From Vicinamibacteria bacterium (GTDB lineage Bacteria; Acidobacteriota; Vicinamibacteria; Marinacidobacterales; Marinacidobacteraceae), in assembly GCA_963422395.1 (NCBI GenBank), contig OY729431.1, positions 416,001 through 480,000 of the forward strand: a DNA stretch of 64,000 nt, given 5' to 3'. The position numbers and the translations under genes are program-made. Below the pieces are notes generated by a model. That model saw nothing but the letters and a program-made list of their open reading frames with translations, was not told where the DNA came from and made no database searches. Of this stretch, positions 60,653 to 64,000 are shown piece after piece. Positions within the stretch are counted from its first letter, which is position 1. Every line of letters begins with the position of its first letter.

Positions 60653-61171
60653 TTGGCCCGCTCGCTGCTCGCACTGGCCGCATCTGCGGCGGGTTTGGAG
60701 ATCGCGCTCGTGGCCGGATTGGCGAGCGCCGCCGCCCCGCCCCCGTCCGCCTTCGGAGGGCAGCGGGGGCCGCGCCTTTCCCTCGAGCCCGAGAGTTGGG
60801 ATTTCGGCAGCGCCGGGCCGGGCGAGGTGCTGGTCCACGAATTCCTGGTGCGGAACACCGGCGACCGCGATCTCGAGATCGGACGGATCGCTTCGGCTTG
60901 CGCCTGTGCGGCGGCGATCACCGAGCGGCCAGTCGTTCCACCGGGGGAGGCGGCCACCCTCCGGGTGACTCTGGAGACGCGAAGGTACCGGGGCGTTCTC
61001 GAGCGCTGGCTCACGATCCGCTCGAACGATCCGCGGAGCGCGACGCGCCTGAAGGTGCGGGTCTATGTCGAGGCGGCTCCCCGACCGACTCGTGAAGGTT
61101 CAGCCGGGAGGAGCAAGGGCACGATCACTCCACCGGAGCGAAGAACCGGTCCCAGCGGGTTCTGGAGATGA
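60653..61171 (+). CDS. DUF1573 (Ig-like) exported protein
   Basis: Signal peptide; WDFG, F.V.NTG..DL.I, SACAC, PPGE, SNDP. Confidence 0.8.
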   Translation: MARSLLALAASAAGLEIALVAGLASAAAPPPSAFGGQRGPRLSLEPESWDFGSAGPGEVLVHEFLVRNTGDRDLEIGRIASACACAAAITERPVVPPGEAATLRVTLETRRYRGVLERWLTIRSNDPRSATRLKVRVYVEAAPRPTREGSAGRSKGTITPPERRTGPSGFWR

Positions 61172-61784
61172 ACCGCACGGGCAACAGGAGGAGGTCCACC
61201 GCCCGCCGCGAGAGGCGCGTCTCCAGATACTCCTCACGCGGCGCGCCGTACGACCAGTAGATGAACAGTCCCTTGCCCTTGACATTCCCAGTGGGAAGCG
61301 CGCCCCAGAAGCGGCTGTCGTCGCTGTTGTCGCGGTTGTCACCCATCACGAAATAATGCCCTTCGGGGACCCGGTATTCCCGGATTCCCGGCTGGCCGCC
61401 ATGCAGGAAGCGGGCGTAGTCCTCGGCGAGCGGCACTTCGTCCACCAGGACCTGCCGCCGTCCGATCTGAAGGGTTTCGCCGGGGAGTCCCACGACCCGC
61501 TTGATGAAGTCGCGTTCTGGCTCTTCGGGAAACTTGAAGACGACCACATCCCCGCGCTGCACTCCGCGCGACGGCGCTATTCCCAGAGCGCCTTCGTGGT
61601 AGAGCATCTTGTTGACCATCAGGTGGTCGCCGATCAGCAGGTTGTCCTGCATGGAACCGGTCGGGATCTTGAACGCCTGGAACACGAAAGTCCGAACGAA
61701 GAGTGCCAGGATCACCGCGGCGCAGATGGACTCGAAGTACTCGCGCGCCGTGGATCGGTGTTTTTTCTGCAGTTCTCTGGTCAT
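61125..61784 (-). CDS. lepB: Signal peptidase I
   Basis: IPTGSMQ, GDHLMVNK, FIKRVVGLPG, MGDNRDNSDDSR. Confidence 0.95.
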   Translation of the reverse strand: MTRELQKKHRSTAREYFESICAAVILALFVRTFVFQAFKIPTGSMQDNLLIGDHLMVNKMLYHEGALGIAPSRGVQRGDVVVFKFPEEPERDFIKRVVGLPGETLQIGRRQVLVDEVPLAEDYARFLHGGQPGIREYRVPEGHYFVMGDNRDNSDDSRFWGALPTGNVKGKGLFIYWSYGAPREEYLETRLSRRAVDLLLLPVRFISRTRWDRFFAPVE

Positions 61785-61791
61785 GGTTATC

Positions 61792-62739
61792 CTAGAAATC
61801 TGCGCCGACGACGACGGTCACGGTGTCGGGGTCGAATGCCACGACGGTGATCGGGGCGTCCTCGTCTCCGACGAGAACGAGGCGCGGCAGCACTTCGTGG
61901 ACTCCTTCCTCGAGTCCGAGGCAGGAAATTTCGGTGAACAGGTTTTCGGCGGTGATCGAAGTCAGCATGCTTTTCGGAATGCGGAGGGTGACGCCGATTT
62001 CCCGAACGCCGAGAGTGCAGGCTGCGTCGTCGTCCGCTTCTCCGGCGGGCCGTCGGACCGCGAGCTGCAGTTCGCGCGCCTCCCGCTCCTCGCCGATCTG
62101 GAGGCGCACATCTACGCGGCGGACGCTCGGCCGCAGCGCCGGATCGAGTTCGATCTGGAGGCGCTGCGCGTAGGGTTCGCGAAGACCCTGCGCAGAGATC
62201 GGTTCCGTGGTGATCTGCTCGACATCACGCAGCAGTGATTCTGGCCCTTCCACCGCGAGTTCGCGAGGCTCTATCGAGATGCGGTGGATCTCGAAGCCGG
62301 TCGCCGGACTGCCGAGGACGCGTGGGCTCACCCGTACATCGGCGGTGAGTGTTCGATCGAGGCGCAGTACGACCTGCGAGGGGTCCACGCGCATGACCTG
62401 GACTCCCGAAGGGGCTTCGACCGCTTCCGTGCCCAGGAACCATGTGCGCTCTCCGGGAGCTTCGTTCGCCAGGTCCAAATGGGCGTTGAGACCCTGGAGC
62501 GGTGCGTCGCGCAGGAGGCCGGAAGACCCCCGCAGCCGCACATCCACCTCCTGCACCGACTGATTCACTACTTCGAGGCCCGGCGGCACATTGCGGAGCT
62601 CCAGTGGTACTCCGACCAGGATCTCCGCCCCCTCCTGGGCGGCGACGAAGAACCAGAGACAGAAGGAGAGCCCGAGCGCCACGATCCCGCGCAGCATCTC
62701 GGCGGCGCGGAAGGGGGCTCCGGGGTTGCCCATGCTCAC
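61792..62739 (-). CDS. cdaR: CdaR/YbbR-like regulator of diadenylate cyclase
   Basis: N-terminal TM (LWFFV), YbbR-type repeats; directly downstream of cdaA. Confidence 0.82.
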   Translation of the reverse strand: MSMGNPGAPFRAAEMLRGIVALGLSFCLWFFVAAQEGAEILVGVPLELRNVPPGLEVVNQSVQEVDVRLRGSSGLLRDAPLQGLNAHLDLANEAPGERTWFLGTEAVEAPSGVQVMRVDPSQVVLRLDRTLTADVRVSPRVLGSPATGFEIHRISIEPRELAVEGPESLLRDVEQITTEPISAQGLREPYAQRLQIELDPALRPSVRRVDVRLQIGEEREARELQLAVRRPAGEADDDAACTLGVREIGVTLRIPKSMLTSITAENLFTEISCLGLEEGVHEVLPRLVLVGDEDAPITVVAFDPDTVTVVVGADF

Positions 62740-63590
62740 CAGACCGCCTTCGGCGCCGAAGCGCGCCGGGAAGCGACGCCTTTCGAACTCTCCACGAGCC
62801 GGTCGGGGCGTGATCGAGCCAGGGCGGTTTCGAGATCGGTGGGGTCCGCCGCTGGAAGAATTCGACCTGCCGACATCACACTCGCGTGTCCCGTTTCTTC
62901 GGAGACCACGACGACGGTGGCGTCCGTCTCCTCGGTGAGTCCGAGAGCGGCCCGGTGGCGCGTGCCGAAAGTGCCCTCGGTGGCCTCCTGGCGGGAGAGG
63001 GGCAACAGGCAGCGCGCAGCCACGATCCGGTCTCCGCTGACGAGTACCGCGCCGTCATGGAGCGGTGAGACGGGCTGGAAGAGGGAGACGAGCAGATCGG
63101 AACTGAGCCTGGCGTCGAGTGTGAGTCCGGTGTCGGCATAGCTCTTGAGGCCGATCTTTCCCTGCCAAACCACGATCGCCCCCACTCGCTGTCGAGAGAG
63201 AAGGGTGGTGGCTTCCACGAGAGCATCGATCGTCGCCCGCTCCGGATCCGGGTCACGGCGACGGCCGCGCAGCAGCATTCCGCCGCCGCCGATTCGAGCT
63301 AGACCGGTCCGGATCTCCGCTTGGTAGAGGACGATGATCGCGATTCCGAGGTACGGCAGGGTGTTGCGGACGATCCACTGCACCGTGCCGAGGCCCAGCT
63401 GGCTGGAGCCGCTGATCACCAGGAGCCCCCCTACGATCACGGTGCCGAAGGCCATCTGCGACGCACGCCGACCCTCGATCAGCTTGAGTAGCACATAGAA
63501 GACGCCTGCGACCAGCAGGATGTCCAAGACATCGGCGAGCGACAAGCGCGCGCCGAGAGTGTCGGTCAGTTTACGGATCGTCTCGGTCAA
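62736..63590 (-). CDS. cdaA: Diadenylate cyclase CdaA/DacA
   Basis: Three TM helices; SPLHDGA and GTRHRAA motifs; VSEETG. Confidence 0.93.
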   Translation of the reverse strand: MTETIRKLTDTLGARLSLADVLDILLVAGVFYVLLKLIEGRRASQMAFGTVIVGGLLVISGSSQLGLGTVQWIVRNTLPYLGIAIIVLYQAEIRTGLARIGGGGMLLRGRRRDPDPERATIDALVEATTLLSRQRVGAIVVWQGKIGLKSYADTGLTLDARLSSDLLVSLFQPVSPLHDGAVLVSGDRIVAARCLLPLSRQEATEGTFGTRHRAALGLTEETDATVVVVSEETGHASVMSAGRILPAADPTDLETALARSRPDRLVESSKGVASRRASAPKAVW

Positions 63591-63635
63591 CAGTTCTCTG
63601 TCGAGCGGTCCCCCATCGGGCGCTGCGGGCGGACT

Positions 63636-64000
63636 TCAGGCGGCGCCGCCGGGCTCGGGCACGAGGGGCGGGGCCAGCGGCGCGCGCTCCGGCGTCGGCT
63701 GCGGAACCGGAGCTCTCGCTTCGGGAGGCTCCACCGGGGAGGGAGCGGGGCGTGGGAGCGGTTTGCCGTCGAGCACTTGCTGGACTTCTTCCGAATGCAG
63801 CACTTCCCGCTCGATCAGGGCTTCGGCAACCGCTTCCACTCGGGAACGGTTGTCCTCCAGCAGCTTTCGGGCCCGGTGGTAGGCGGAGTCCACGATGCGG
63901 TGCACCTCGGCATCGATCTCCTTGGCGGTGCTCTCGCTGTAGTCCTTCCTGGAAGCGAAATCCCGCCCCAGGAAGATTTCGCCACCGCTCTGGTCGAAGC
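63636..64000 (-). CDS. ftsH: ATP-dependent zinc metalloprotease FtsH (C-terminal part)
   Basis: EIFLGRDFASRKDYSESTAKEIDAEVHRIV..AY..A..LL..N..VAEALIERE. Confidence 0.9.
   Translation of the reverse strand, partial: FDQSGGEIFLGRDFASRKDYSESTAKEIDAEVHRIVDSAYHRARKLLEDNRSRVEAVAEALIEREVLHSEEVQQVLDGKPLPRPAPSPVEPPEARAPVPQPTPERAPLAPPLVPEPGGAA

Overview
High-GC bacterial chromosomal window. Gene content and order (nuoL-nuoM-atpZ/I-atpB-atpE, mqnD, LapA/B-like fusion, ftsH-cdaA-cdaR) suggest a diderm such as an Acidobacteriota member; this is inference only. Most of the window is housekeeping genes: nuoL/M, F0 ATP synthase genes, mtnA, tsaD, proS, folC, accD, fadD, gatB, mqnD, coaX, acnA, cstA, hisS, rho, rplU-rpmA-obgE-nadD-rsfS, comF, lepB, cdaR/cdaA and ftsH. 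Accessory highlights: (1) a Menshen-like DUF262 / DUF3696-ATPase / putative RNase trio, whose first gene has an extra Mrr-N-like domain detached by a 4-bp CGGA duplication; (2) a RuBisCO-like protein (KDDQ motif) fused to an MtnZ-like cupin near mtnA, apparently a one-polypeptide MTA-isoprenoid shunt; (3) a roughly 2-kb stretch holding three unrelated restriction-modification fragments around a higBA module with a damaged toxin start; (4) a family of about 190-bp palindromic MITE-like elements (3 full, 2 partial copies) with 20-bp terminal inverted repeats and covarying internal stems; (5) a candidate structured RNA upstream of rho, and leaderless padR and arsR promoters. No CRISPR array, tRNA, rRNA, integrase or transposase was recognised. 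All calls were made by eye, without database searches.
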